From NCBI GenBank assembly GCA_002633005.1, contig NMRA01000907.1, forward strand, positions 20,255 to 84,254: a DNA stretch of 64,000 nucleotides. Reading direction: 5' to 3'. Shown piece by piece: positions 13,701-27,887 of this stretch. Below the pieces are notes generated by a model, which searched no databases, was not told where the DNA came from, and saw only the letters and a list, made by a program, of their open reading frames with translations. The stretch comes from Phoronis australis (taxonomy: Eukaryota; Animalia; Phoronida). Position 1 is the first letter of the stretch; every line of letters begins with the position of its first letter. Made by a program: the position numbers and the translations under genes.

Positions 13701-14779
13701 AATAGAGTGTTTCAACGAAGACAATCTTGTAAAGGACCTGACAACAACAAGTCACATGGGGAACTCTATGACACGAAAACAAGGATTCGAAGCAAATGTG
13801 GCTGGCGGATGTTTACGACATTGTGTGTCGATGTGTAATCCGGGACCATCCTATTAAAACACGTGAAATTATTTCGAGCTTCATATGGCGGCCGCAATTT
13901 TGAGGGCGTTACATGTATATGTCCCAGTCCCAACTCGTGTGACGTAAATTAAGCTTATCACTGATTATCGCATGCGATGGAAAAGTACAGGGCGTCCAAA
14001 AAGTGCAGTTGAAATTCTTCGCGAAATCTGTCATTAATTGAGATAAATATGCTTCAGTGAGGTTAAAGTTTCCATGTTTCGTCAGTAGTTATACATGGAA
14101 TTGAAATATTAACTATAGAGTGCACATTCGGTGTACACCTGGTCGTTAAAACCATAGGAAATGGATGAATACCAGGAAAATTATCAGTTGCGAGTTGCTT
14201 AGTGCAATTTGTACAATGCACCTTTCCAATTTTAAATCCCAAAAAGTAATTTAAAAATATCCATTTTCTTGAAGTTATCTCTACCATTCTAATTAAAATC
14301 TGTTGAAAACAATGGTTCACGAGTATTGTTGAATTCCTGGACTTTTTCTGTTAAATTGACACTTGATCTACTTGTTATTGCATTTTCCGTGTATTGTTGA
14401 GTGAGACATGACTATCGTACATGCCCAACACACTACGCCTCACAAAGTTGGTATTTGTCTTATAGGGACCGCCAAGCCAAATAAAAGAGAGCACTTCAAT
14501 TGTCACTCTCAAAAATAATTTTAAACTGCATACCACTACTCTAGACTTGCCAGTTCCATTGACATCGTTCTAACTTCCTCGCAATCAAGAAGTCAGCCCA
14601 CTACAGGTCAAGATGCGGACTTACGGTAAAATGGCGCCTGCAGTGCACAACACGTGCGTTTTGTTGCTCTGTAAAATTTCAAAATTATCTTCCCCTTGTT
14701 GCTTGAAATGGGACGTCCAAAAAGAACCACATCATCTCCTGTACCAAGAGACGGCGAGGAAGTTCCAGAGAATGGACCC

Positions 14780-15370
14780 GGGTGGTTGTCATCATTAGAA
14801 AGTGATTTAAAAAGGTCTGATAAAGAGAATCTTTAAACTTTGTCGTTAACACTGTGGAAGAAGCCTTAGCAAATTCCAAACAGTGTGTAGAGAAAACTTC
14901 TGTGTTGGAGAAAAAAACGAGTATTGAAATTCAAAATTTCATCTCTTGAAATGCATTCTAGAAGGAACACTCTCGTGTATGTTGGGATCCCGCAATCGCA
15001 GGGCATGTCGTGTAAGAATAGTTTGTCTGTATTGCTAATCAATATACATGTATGGGCCTCGACAACAACACCTTTGAAAGATTGCACCCAATTGGCGATA
15101 AAGATACAATCATTGCTGAGCTTTCGTTCCATAAACAACGACAAGTGTGGAAGGAAAAGAGAAAGTTTCAAGGTTAGAAAAATTTTTGTGAGTGAGGACT
15201 TCCCACATGAAACCATTGTCAATCGAAAGCGCCTGATACCTTTTCTCAAGTCAGCGAGACGATGCCCGCATGTAAACAAAGTATAGCTGAATAGAGATAG
15301 GTTGGTGATTGACGGCAAAACCTTAACAGTTGACAATATGGATGCAATTCCCACCTTCAGTGAACAGTGG
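14780..15370 (+). mobile_element. Non-LTR retrotransposon ORF1 relic (L1-ORF1/Transposase_22-like)
   Basis: ORF 14924-15286 has LEMHSRRNTLVYVGIPQ...IFVSEDFPHETIVNRKRLIPFLKSAR and continues past a stop as LNRDRLVIDGKTLTVDN; these are typical LINE ORF1 motifs. Confidence 0.7.
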
Positions 15371-15436
15371 CGATGAAGAACTAGAGAAAGATGGCGTGGA
15401 GAGCCCTGAAACAACTGTTATTCATAGATTAGTGTT

Positions 15437-15589
15437 CGCGGCTATGGTCTTGTCATTAAAAGTTTCAGTATTTGGTCCTGTTTTTCTGTGCCCAGTCTTT
15501 TCAGTTTTTTTTTTATTCAATATAATAGGTACGGTACGGATCATACAATTACAGACGCAATAACGTTTTTGTACTATTCAAGGAACAGT
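15437..15589. repeat. ~140-bp local direct repeat (second copy about 16298-16428)
   Basis: gcggctatggtcttgt...attcaaggaacag occurs twice; the second copy interrupts the Tx1 element between its endonuclease and RT remnants. Confidence 0.8.
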
Positions 15590-15639
15590 TAAGGTGTTAA
15601 CTTACAGTTCTGATATGTACATGTACAAAGGTAATTTGA

Positions 15640-18600
15640 CATGGAAGAAAAAAACACAGTATAGGCTATGAATCATTCAGAATAAGCAAACAAGGTCAAG
15701 ATCTTGCCAGCGCTCTATAAATTCACCATACTACATTTTGTTTATATATACACCGTTCAGTGGAAAAGTGCAATGCAACTTCGTTTTTAAAGATTGCAAC
15801 GCAGCGATATTTACCCTTTAATCTTTCAATTGTTTATAAATGTGGAACTTGCCGAGACAAACAACCATACTTTGTAAAACTGCTTCCGCCTGAACACAGA
15901 ACAGAACTGATTGTATAGACAGTTCTAAACTATGTACAACTGCATCTTCGAGAAATTATTTACATTAGTCCAAAACTTCTGAGTAACGTTACAACATTTT
16001 GTTCAGCTGTTGTAGGAAAGCCTGTGAAGGGAGCGGGAGACTTGTAAAAAGATGAATGAGTTTTGGCATAATTATCGAATTCACAACTGCTATCCTTCCA
16101 AAAAGTATCAAGTTTCTTTTTCCCCACATGTCTATAGCCTTCTCTATTTCACCAAGCTTATTGATAAAATTAATGTTGGGAATTTTATTTAAATAATTGG
16201 AGAATTGATTACCCAGTAAAGTGAATTCCAGTTTTACGTCACAGCACATTTTTGATAGCTACCCTTCATAGAACATATCCAAATACAAATTGTTTTTGCG
16301 GCTATGGTCTTGTAATTAAAGTTTTACTATTTGGTGCAGTCTTTCCAGTTTTTTTATTCAATATAATAGGCACGGTACAGATCATACAATTACAGATGCA
16401 ATAACTTTTTGTTCTATTCAAGGAACAGCTATAGCCAGGCAGAATTGTGACGGCATCCGTGAGTGAAAGCAGTTTTTCAGAAATTAAAAAGAAGTCCAAT
16501 CGGGCCCTTTGTACTGGATTCCTTCGTGGCCAGGTATTTTTTTTGTCTAGATCGTACACTATCCATGGGTCTACAAGGTTACGTGTAGTGTTTAGGTTGA
16601 GGACTTCCTTAGAGGCATTTACATTATTTCGTCTTTTGTACCCTTGACAATCGTTGTCATAACTTTGTACAAGATTCCAGTCATATAATTATGAATTCAG
16701 AGTTAAAATCCGACATAACTGTCTGAACACTTTTGTAGAAATCTGGGTGGTCTCTGTTTTGACCGTACAAATTTATCAGAGATACCAGATAATTGATTTC
16801 GATCAAGACTTCCGTGGCAACCAGATTACCATCCGAATCTGTTTTTGGACTTCACTTCAAATTCAAAGTTATTATTAAAAAGAATGCACACACCACGCGA
16901 TTCTTGTCTTCCTGGGCTCATCAATATATCATATAGCCAGTTGGAATGAACTAAATTCGTTTCTTATTTGGTGACGTGAGTGTCCTGGAGGCAGAAAGTG
17001 GAACACATCTCTACGCTTTGTTAAGTCTGCTAGACCTCTACAATTCATTGAGGCAAAGCTAACCATAATCCAGTTGATACAGAGATGTGCTAATTTCCTT
17101 GACCAAAACCTGAGTAAATGAAATCACTGTACCGACACCAACAACTATGAGAGAAAATAATGAAAGAAAAATGATCATGCACAAGTCGAATGCAGTGGCA
17201 ATATTTGTTGCCAATATATGTGCACATGTAATAAAATGGCATAAAACTAAATAAACACTCCAATGGGATACTATCACATCTCAATGACTCAGTCTCAGCC
17301 CGCAGCACGATCCACAACACAAGCACACCAGGGGTTATCTACACCTAATGCCACCAAAGGGCAGTCACGACTGTAGTATACAAGTACCCAACGGGATACG
17401 TGCTACAAGATGAGTCCAAGCCATGGTCAAGTGAAGATTTAGTCGATCAGATTATACACAGAGTGAGAAAACATGCTAAGAAGCTAAACAAAGTAGGCGA
17501 ATAATCACATGTTGATTATTCCTACGCTCCTGTTGCGCTCATGAACTATTAAACTCAAAACGTACGTCTCGCACTCTCAGCAAGTGGTCTCATCCGTCGC
17601 AATGGAAGAACGAGAAGAGATTCCAGAAATAATGAGCCACGAGTAAACGTTCGTACCAAACGTCACTAGGTGATCTCAAAGAGGGTCAGCGAAACACATG
17701 CCTCAACCGCACATACATGTACAAACATGATTGTACATAAATACAGGTGTACCGGAAGTAAACAAAGGGGGTTACACCCAATGGCTTACACAACACTCTG
17801 AGAGAGGCAGAGAGAAATATATATATTGAACTAATGTTACCGGTGTACTACTCACAATATGCGTCACAGTGGAGTAGCACGAGTCTACTTACACCTTTCG
17901 CTTGCTATTTAAATTCCTGACAAATCCTGTAGACTACGTATTCACTTGCCTTACATCGCCAGCCCATTCTTTGTATTATACGAGACCATCGAATGTCCAG
18001 CAACAATGCACCTTTTCACCTAGGTCTCTGCAGGCTTTGAAAAGCTGTGCCCTCAGTATGGTCAACCTCTCGTTTTCAAAAACTCTGCTTGCAACGTCTT
18101 TTAGATTTTTCTTCTTTTTCATAAAGTCAGACCGAGCATTGTAGGACCCAAATTTCACAATTATAGGGCGCTTATTGGTAGAGGCTAAATCTTTTCTACC
18201 CAGTCGATGCCTGTGTCTAATGTCAGACTTTTGGGTTGAGGCTCCCATTTTTTGCGCGAGCGAGATCACAATATCGTCGGTGTTTTATCCGTTTGTTTCT
18301 GTTACTCCATTGATAATCAAGCAGTTTCGCCGGCTATATTGTTGAAGTTCTTCCATTCCACTCCCCCTGTGTTGGTGCTAGTCACTCCACCACTTCTTTC
18401 AATTCCGAAAGTTGATTTTCCAGGGAGTATATTTTTTGTCCTTTTCTTCCAGCTTTTTGCCGCATTCCAACTCTAAGGCCTTGTAAATCTCATCCCTCAT
18501 ATCCTCTATTAAATATTTTAGTAGGCCTTTGAACATAGATTGGATTTCACCGTCCATCAAGGCTTCCTTGAGGTCATTTTTCAGTGAAAGCTTTGACGTT

Positions 18601-18790
18601 TTGTCGGTGACCTGTTTTTCCTTGGCCAAAATGGCTTCCATGGTAGGCTGCTTCAATGATTTTAAACAAGATGATTTTCGTAGTTCCTCAGTGTCCTAAC
18701 TAGGCACACGTTTCCTACCCTGTTTTGTCTTCTCCTTGGTTTTACAACTCATGTGTAGCTGATTTGAAGATGTTTATCTCGTCAGTTTAG
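15640..18790 (-). mobile_element. Degraded, internally deleted L1/Tx1-clade LINE
   Basis: ORF1 pieces at 18399-18656 and 17976-18269 (HRLGRK...RPIIVKF...NERLT...CWTFDG); APE endonuclease from ~17067 (MVSFASMNCRGLADLTKRRDVF..CLQDTH; TWPRRNPVQRARLDFFLIS); post-RT piece 15989-16249 (WGKRNLILFGRIAVVNS..MPKLIHLFTSLP). Confidence 0.85.
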
Positions 18791-20765
18791 ATATTTCTGC
18801 AAAAATTTTGGGGAGACTTGGGGAGTGTCAGAAATTCGACCTTCCAGCCATCATGACGTCTTCAGCCCCGTCTCTCCAGTTACTAGTTATAAGTCCCTAT
18901 TTGAAGACATATAATAACATGTCCTTCATTGGATGCCTAATTTCTTTTATTTTCGTTTTGTTTATGTTTCGTTTTTACCAGTTCTTCATGTTGTTTTTAA
19001 TATTTTGCTTCTATCCTTTGTCGTGTAAGTACCATTGCTCGTATATGATAATGCTGTTGGATTGACGATATTTCATTGTGTGGATCACAGTTCGATTTAC
19101 AAGTTGTCCGTGATGAATACAGTACAATTGGTATCATACATACGGGTAACTGAATGATATTTCATATCCGTGGAACAGTTATTGTCGATATGTTTCACTG
19201 ATTGTTTCATCAAAATAAGTTATTATGTTGGTTTAGGGTTCCTGTGGCTTCGGTTGTTTTTAGAATGTTTAGAACACACACAAAACAATGTGATTCATTT
19301 GTATTTAATGAGCAAGGTTGTATGGTTGAGTTTAGAAATACCTTAATTATCTTCATATGACAGACAATTTAAAAATGTCATCTTTTAACTGTAGAGGTCT
19401 AGGAACACGGTCAAAAAGACGAGATGTTTTCAAATACATAGGGCAGCGTGCGTACAGTATTTTCTGCCTACAAGATANAACATTTTGGCTAAGTTTCATT
19501 CTCATAACAGTGGGGGCAGATTTGGTACAGCAGTGTACTGAACACAACCTCAAAATGGCATAACGGGGGGCAGTGTAGTAAAACTACTAAATGAGGGTGG
19601 TAAATCGGAATCGTGTTTCAAAAGACATCTGCGTAACAATCTATAGGCTCCACTAAACAATGACAAGTGAATACTAAATCAATAGCTTTCATTCAAGGAA
19701 AAATATGAACAGTTAAAACTGGACATTTTTTATACCGTGAAAACATGGCTGCGAAGCCGTAAAATGTGTTTGAACCTATAACTTTAGAAAAACGCAATAT
19801 TTTGAGGAAATATTTTACCGCTGTTTATAGATCGCATAGGACTACATATGTGCCAAATTTGGTGAAAATCGGCTGACCCCCACCTTGCCGCTCATGGTTG
19901 GTGCTCTCGTGGACTAGTACTTAAACAAGATGATTTTCGTAGTTCCTCAGTGTCCTTACTAGGCACACGTTTCCTACCCTGTTTTGTATTCTCCTTGGTT
20001 TTACAACTCATGTGTAGCTGATTTAAAGATGTTTATCCCGTCAGTTTAGATATTTCTGCATAAATTTTGGGGAGACTTGGGGAGTGTCAGAAATTCGACC
20101 TTCCAGCCATCATGACGTCATCAGCCCCGTCTCTCCAGTTATTAGTTATAAGTCCCTATTTTCTTCCTGTAATTTTTATAATTTTGGAAGGTGAAGACAT
20201 ATGATAACATGTCCTTCATTGGATGCCTAATTTCTTTTATCTTCGTTTTGTTTGTGTTTCGTTTTTTCCAGTTCTTCATGTTTTTTAATATTTTGCTTCT
20301 AGCCTTTGTCGTGTAAGTACCATTGCTCGTATATGATAATGCTGTTGGATTGACGATATTTCATTGTGTGGATCACAGTTCGATTTACGAGTTGTCCGTG
20401 ATGAATACAGTACAATTGGTATCATACATACGGGTAACTGAATGGTATTTCATACCCGTGGAACAGTTATTGTCGATATGTTTCACTGATTGTTTCATCA
20501 AAATAATTCATTATGTTGGTTTAGGGTTCCTGTGGCTTCGGTTGTTTTTAGAATGTTTAGAACACACACAAAACAATGTGATTCATTTGTATTTAATGAG
20601 CAAGGTTGTATGGTTGATTTTAGAAATACCTTAATTATCTTCATATGACAGGCAATTTAAAAATGTCATCTTTTAACTGTAGAGGTCTAGGAACTCGGTC
20701 AAAAAGACGAGATGTTTTCAAATACATAGGGCAGCGTGCGTACAGTATTTTCTGCCTACAAGATA
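18660..20765. repeat. ~820-850 bp direct duplication (18660-19477 vs ~19920-20765)
   Basis: Near-identical sequence from ttaaacaagatgattttcgtag to ctgcctacaagata, with a few SNPs and a ~32-bp indel; the first copy ends exactly at the N at 19478. Confidence 0.9.
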
Positions 20766-21350
20766 ATCACTTTACTGCTGCAGAGGAATTCATAATTCGA
20801 GCTCAGCCATGGTGAAGCCAGGAGTTTTGCCATCTTGCTTTATAGTAATTTTGAAATTTAAGTTTCATCTTTTCCTTCATTTACTGAAGGAAATCTCCTT
20901 GTAATTTTTGAGAAGAAGGTGACTCTTGATCTGAGGGACCAATGGCGTGTTTATCATCCCTCAGGGAAAAAGTTGACATGGGCCAGGCCAAATTCGGTTA
21001 AAAAAGCTACGTTAGATTATTTTCTTTTTACCCAACAATTACTCTCGCGAATCGAAAGTGTGGAAATTCAGTCGGGCTACCGATCGGACCAATATAACGT
21101 CGTTTTAACTGTACAATTATCTACGATCAAAAAGGACCGAGGTTTTGGAAATTTAATAACTCACTTCTGAAAGACAGATTATATTAATCTCTTCAAGAAT
21201 GAGATTCTGTGTACGAAAAAACAACATGCTCTTCCAGTACTCGATTTCAACAAAATACAAGAAATTGACTCTGATAATCTTCAGTTTTATATATCTGATC
21301 AATTGGTTTTGGAGACGTTATTGTTAAATATTCGAACGGTAACTATTCCA
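20645..21350 (+). mobile_element. L1/Tx1-clade LINE ORF2 5' fragment (APE endonuclease)
   Basis: MTGNLKMSSFNCRGLGTRSKRRDVFKY..IFCLQDNH, then DQWRVYHP..TWARPN...LDYFL...GYRSD..GFWKFNNSLLKD with frameshifts; the start is duplicated at 19357-19477. Confidence 0.8.
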
Positions 21351-21759
21351 GAGACAACAATTTGGGCAAGCATAAGTTGTAAATTTTCAATGCCGACTTA
21401 AAAGTCCAAATAACCGAAGGCTACGCGGAAAAGCCACCCATCTCAAACATCAGGTTTCAATTTGTGACCCAACCTGCGCGCTGCTGACTCGCAAAAAGCG
21501 GGTTTGCCGTCTATTGATGCATACAGTGTACATGTAAGAATTAATTTGGTATGGGCCCTGAATGCCGAATCTGCATCTTTGTCAAAGTAAATTTAAAACA
21601 CACGTAAGAAAAAAAGTAACGTTTGCCTATGCTCGTTAGATCACGTCTAATCAAGTTTTGAGACAGTCCCCAAATTGACCGTTTATAAACGCGTGGCTTT
21701 CGCGCGAGATTTTTCCTGAGGAGGAACTGCCGTGTCTTCGACGATTTCAGTTTCTTTCT

Positions 21760-21990
21760 CATTGCTGGTTATGCTGCCTGGCTGATAGAGCCATTCAAGT
21801 TGATTCTCCATCGACAAAACTATGCACATTGCCGCAACTCTTACTAAGTGGATAGACGGTAAGTAGTGATGGTGAGGCTTACGACTGATTTGCTCTTCCA
21901 ACGCAATATCACCTCGTTCTCTCTATTTGTTTGACAATTAAAGATGTTGAATGCCCATGTTAATGACGCAGTTTCTGTGACTGAAACAAA
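21760..21990 (-). mobile_element. Possible degraded THAP-domain fragment of a DNA transposon
   Basis: Joining frames across indels gives FNIFN...ENEVILRWKS.ISRK...RV.GN..FVDGEST, which resembles the THAP pattern W...I.R...RVCSNHFVDG.PT; heavily disrupted. Confidence 0.3.
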
Positions 21991-22639
21991 CACGCGGTGA
22001 CGAGTAACTTTAGTGCGCTTCGCTGGTAGACCTAGGAAGTATTAACGAAAACGTTGTAATACTCATTGCGGAAAGATAATGTACAATATCGGAAGTTATG
22101 GTCTACAGATTCGTTTTGTGTTTTGTATGGTCCCTTCTCCTTTCAATCATCGATATTTCCACATTCTTTCCTGTATTTTTTCTCATACAGAATTGAATGG
22201 TAATCAATACAATTTTGGAACATAGAAAATGAATTGCTATTTTTTTTCAAAACGTGTTCTAAATCTTTAATTTTTTTGCGATTATAAATTGTCAAATTAT
22301 ATTCGAATTGGTCCTGGTATACAAATTTAATACAGTTATAAAGAACGTTTGCATTCGTTTGCATTTTCCGCGACTTCTTTCCTCGTCATTTTGAAAGCAG
22401 AAGTGGCGACATTTCTCCTAAGTTTAACAGGCGATAAATAATTAAACATAAAAAATGAAAAGTCCTGCCACGCCTAGTGTTGTTCTTGGCTTTGCTGACT
22501 AATAAACATAAGAACTTGCAGTTGAACCGGATCAGGTACAGTCTATGTCGAAAACGCAAACAGATATAAACGCAATTGAAGTATATTTAATAAGGTCAGG
22601 TGGCAGCGTCGTTTGGCCACATTATACGAACTTTTTGCA

Positions 22640-22770
22640 CTAAGCTTACCGTTAAAACTACCCTCAAACTCTTGCCTCTTGGCTTGCCATTAAGGTCACC
22701 ATTGAACTTACCATTACGGTTACCTTTGAGCTAACCATTAAACGTGCCATTAAGCGAGCCATTAGGTTAC
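22640..22770. repeat. Degenerate ~12-bp minisatellite (aacttaccatta-like); a related block at about 24045-24120
   Basis: Repeated cttaccgtta/cttgccatta/cttaccatta/ctaaccatta units. Confidence 0.6.
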
Positions 22771-24625
22771 TTTTCTGATAAACAAATTGTCAGTAAATGT
22801 CACCAAAACTATAAATACATGATATGTCGCTTCTCTCAGAAAAAATAACATAATTTAATACCTAAGCGTACTATAGAAAGTCAAAACGTTTAAGTTGAAA
22901 CTGATGTTAAAACGTTTAAATTTTGGGGAATATCGTTTGAAGAGTTATTATCGTCGTCGATAACTTAGTGGGAACACAAGTTGCGCAAACCTGTGGCTTA
23001 CTTAAAAACTCAAGAAATATCTGCCTCTAGTCACACTTAGAACGATTTACTACTCCTTTACTACTCCACTCACTTAACGTTTGACATCACAAAGGAATTC
23101 TGAGGTTCCCTGTTCTCCTATCCGACGAATAACAGTTCATCGACCGTAGAGCCACCCACTCTTCCGATCCCACTCGTAAATGAGGTCAACAGAACAATTG
23201 TGATACAGAGGTAATAAATCTAAGAAAACTGTTAATAATTTAAAGTTTGGGAAGTCAACGCGAACCTTTAAACGAATGTATAAGGAAATATTGTCTGACT
23301 TAGAAACTCGCAGTAGAGACTTCGTGGGGACTTGGAATTTTCCCCAGGAAATTGTTCGCCAGATACCTTCTTGTGAACGTTATTGTTAATAATTGGAACT
23401 GCAGTTCTATGTTCAAGATTCCATCATACAAATCAATCACGGCAAGTCATAGCTCACGTTTTCAGGTTCCTAGAATTATCAACGAAAGTAAAACACCCTC
23501 TTTAATTCTAGATTAGATAAACAACCTCACTTGCTGGACTTCCAAGATATTACAAAAACAAACTCTTAGATATTCACTCATTATGTAATAACTTAAGCTG
23601 CTTGTCTTGCCACTATGTCCATCACGACTATCCTTATAGAAATAGCAAACAGAAATGCTATTAATTTTTCACACATATACGCACACACACCCACACACAC
23701 ATCCAAATGTAGTTAATACGTGTGCACGTCAATCAATCTGCTTATCATGTTATAGTCAGTGCGTACATGTAGCACCTTTTTGTTGATCTTAAGCAAGGTG
23801 CCACGTTTATCTATATGTTTGTTCGTTTATTGAAGTACGTAAACCTTTGATTTATTATGATAATTTTTTAATCAAAAGTCATATGTATGAATTAATAGTA
23901 AATAATTACTGTCCCGTTTTTATATTCCTTACTTGTATTATGTGTAATTCTATGGTATTGTACTGTGGTCCTCTTTGAAACCGCTTTGGCTTCCAGAATA
24001 TCCGGCTTATTACATCTTTATGCATGTACCTATATATTTTCATTTAACTTACCATTCAACAAGCCAGTAACTTTACCATTAAAGTTGAATTTACCGATAA
24101 ACTTACCATTAAACTTATCCTTTTCTGCTGTTCCTGAAGATTGAGTTGGCAGCAACAAATTGTTTTGTAATTTTCATGTTGAAAATGTGGCCTACTAGTA
24201 GGGTTCACCGGTGGGCGGAGGTTATCAGTAGTCAATTCTCCGAATTAATAAACGACTCACTGGGACCTTCCAGGAATGGCGTCTGTATTTATTGTATTAC
24301 GGCTTACAGCCAAATATCCTTAGATCGTTTACATCTTTGTTCCGATCAATATCCCGGGGACAGGTCTCAAAAATACGCAAAAGGATGAAGAAAGTAAAAT
24401 GCACGCTCTCGCGTGGCAGCTAAGACAGGAACAGGGTCAGCTCTGTCGGCCGATAAAACATATGTGTAGTAATAAGTATGGGTAGTACTTTAGCCAAAGA
24501 AAGCTGAAGATTCGAGAGTATAGTACATGTATTTTTAAGACCACAAACACGCAACGCCATTTTTTCTTGGAGAACATCCATACTGTAATGATCGGCAAGG
24601 CTAGAAACTCCAGCAGAAAAATGGA

Positions 24626-25168
24626 TACTGTAGTGTCGCGTATTAACGCTGGTCCTTCAATAAGCGCCGGCTTTGAATATGAGCCTGGTAAAAGTCAATT
24701 AAAAACATCATTTTTAATAAGCGCAGGGTCAACCACCGGGAGCTTTAAATGAAGACCTATTGAAAAAGCAATTCGGAAGGAAACTCGGTATAATTTTCTG
24801 CATTGTTTATGTCATACTGTAAGTCAACGTAGTGCCGGTAGTTATTGAATATGTGCGTTGCAATCAAATCATGAGTGACGTAATGGTCGTTTTAAGAAAA
24901 TATGTAACGCGCAGTCCCGCAAACGTGTGGATATCGTTGTCAAGTGAAACAAACATTGTTCAAAACCACGTTTATAAGTGAAAAGATATTAAACTTACAT
25001 GTACACGATGCAGTTGGCAACAACAGTCAACAGTAAGTGAGCGCCTTGTCTGCAAAATTGGCTTTGTTGAATAAGCACTGTGGTTTGAAACAAGCGCCAG
25101 ATTGGAATAAGCACCAGGTCGAAAATTGTAGACAAAGCACCTAGGCGTTAATTCGCGACACTCCTCTA
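24626..25168. mobile_element. pogo/Tc1-mariner-type MITE
   Basis: TA-CTGTA start; TIRs gtgtcgcgtattaacgc / gcgttaattcgcgacac; internal aataagcgcc repeats. Confidence 0.65.
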
Positions 25169-27779
25169 TTTTGATTTACGAGGGCGTGTTTCATGAGAAC
25201 TGATTTTAAGACTTTAGACAGGAATTTGGTCTTGCGACCCACATAATTCTTTCTGAAAAATAATTTCAACTGAATTTAGCAAAATAATAAATGCACAAAA
25301 AACGTATCGAGAATGGCATTGATGTACCTGTAGTTTTATCCCACCGGACATTATTCCGTGGAATAACGTCGAGTGCGATATTAGCTCCTCTACGCCAATC
25401 GAGGTGCGTTTTTTATTTATCCCATACGCTTCGAATTCCTAAGTTACTTTCAATGTTTCGGTAGATTTTTAAATACTTCACTCAGGCTGTTCAAGCGGCG
25501 GATCACATTCTATATGTACATGTATGTGCCAGCGCTTTAGGTTACAAATTTTCTCATGTGAAAGAAGCAGTTTCAAATGTCAGAAAAAGGGTAATTTGTT
25601 AAGATCACGCTCATTCAATGCAACGACGTTATCATGTACACGTATAAAGACAATCGTGTGCAGTGGTTTTCCCGAATGTATATGAAGTAATGTTCTCGAC
25701 AATGTCACGCTGAATTTCGAAATAGCTGCGCCATGATAATGAAGTTTTGCTATCGCCCCAGACAGCGACCAGGTCTCTGGTTAACAGACGTTCAACGCCA
25801 CCTATAGATCCCATGTAATGAGGACGGGAGGTTTTAACCTATTCATATAAACACTGTTTTAACACCTTTCCTGGTATTATAATGCCGTGAAATTCCCATT
25901 GCTGTGCGGTAACAGGTACCAATGCCTTATGGAAAAAGGCAAAAAATTAAAATATCAATAAATGAACAAGGACACGATGTTCCATACATGTATATTTCCT
26001 ACTGCGAAAACAATCAGCGACAAAGCCAGTGTCTGAGGCACATAAAGCGGTAGAATTTCGATCCTAGCCGGATTTCTGTCCTGCAAATCTGAATTGGGGT
26101 CAAGCGGACTTCATTTTCCTGCTCTCGTTATAAAGAGCGCTTATACTATATGAAGTCCTCGTTTGACGCGTTTACTACATAAGCCAACAATAGAGTACAT
26201 GTATATTAGCCTGCGCGAAAGTAGTTCACTTTAGTCTGTCATTTTGCTCGGTACACGGCGCTTTTTGTAAACATGGTGGCTCGCGATTTCTCGTTTAGCC
26301 AGTAGGCCTATCGCGTTTCTGGATCAATGTAAGTGTTACTGAACAACTGTTGTAAATGCCGACTCAGATCAATCCCCGAAACGGAAATCTAACCTAGACC
26401 AGCCATGTACGGTTGTAATTGTATAAAAATTGAGCATACGTCGCGATTCTACTCGGGGATTCCATCGATAGGGCATTCCCCGAGTACCCTATGCATGACA
26501 AGGGAGATAAGTCTTCATTTTGATACATAAACGAATCTACAAATTCAGATTTTCTCCACTACAAGGATTATAATAACAATTTTTAAGAACTTAGTTCCAA
26601 CTTCTACAAAACTCATTCAAATTACAACAATGGCGAATCGTTTTTCTGCGGTTTATTTGGCGCGGATACGAACCGATATGATCTCGCCTGATCTAGCCTC
26701 ATCACCCGTTTTCAGTGGTGTTTTGTAAATGTGACTTGCCATATGTGAAAGACTAGTCGCCAACCGACTAGAGCTACGTCTTTCGTGAAAATGCTTTTGA
26801 CGAACATTGTGTCTAGTAAACATGGTTAAAGTCGGCCGTTAAGTAAGACTGTCGTGTTTGTCATCTCATGAAAAAGTTGAGTTTCGGTCTTCGTTAACGA
26901 TAACTATTTACGATTGAGGAAAGTCTTTCTCGTTAATTAGAAATAAAAAGTTGTTGATGTTCCCCAATTTTGTGTACAAGACACATGGATGTAGAAACGT
27001 TCCGACGAAATCTGTGAGCACTAGCAATATCTTCTCTGCTTTTTGTGATTACGGCAACATATGCATCGTCGTTGTAGTTTTGAGAAGACCTGAATTGTTT
27101 GATAGCCACCAGTTTCTTTCAGATAATTTTACAGCCTAGGTATAATTTGCTTAAATTATCCCAGTAACTAGCAGTCACAGACAATGCATACATTCACCAT
27201 TTTGAATCATTAATTTCAGGATGACCAGACCAACATGCTTTGTTTTTGAATCGTTGATGATTTCGATGTTCTTGTTGGCAACGGAAATAGAATTCTATCA
27301 TTTGACGGTAAGGAATATAACGAGACGGATTTTATGAGAGGAAAAGACTTAACTCGATTTTCGTTTTTATCCAGCCAAAGAAGGAGAAATACTACTTATT
27401 ATTTAATGTAAATATTCGACCGCTTTTAAATCTGTGACTGGTTAAAAAGTATGCAATAGAAATTATCCATGTCACTGAGCAGGAGGATAATTATCCTTCC
27501 TATCACTTAAAGAGGCTTTGAACGCAAAAACAGACTAAATTGTATAATTCAAACTGGTTCTCTACCACTGAAACAGAACTTAGCGTGTACATCCCCTTAT
27601 ATTGAAAATGTGACCTTTGACATTTGATGTAAGCAAAACAATCGCGACTTCAAGTAGCACCCGATTAAGAGGAACTTGATGTTTAAAATTGTTACAAAGT
27701 ATCGTACATGTAATATTCAAAAGATGTTCTAAAATGCGATTGGAATTACGATTAGGAAAGCTCTTGTTTCACTGTCATT

Positions 27780-27887
27780 CATCATACTGTGCTGTCCCAT
27801 CATACTGTGCTGTCCCATCATACTGTGCTGTCCCATCATACTGTGCTGTCCCATCATACTGTGCTGTCCCATCATACTGTGCTGTCA
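27780..27887. repeat. 18-bp tandem repeat x6 (catcatactgtgctgtcc)
   Basis: Six adjacent, essentially perfect copies with no spacers. Confidence 0.95.

Noticed and set aside
14866-15414. 182-aa minus-strand ORF
   Set aside because: Antisense shadow of the plus-strand LINE ORF1 relic; no recognisable motifs.
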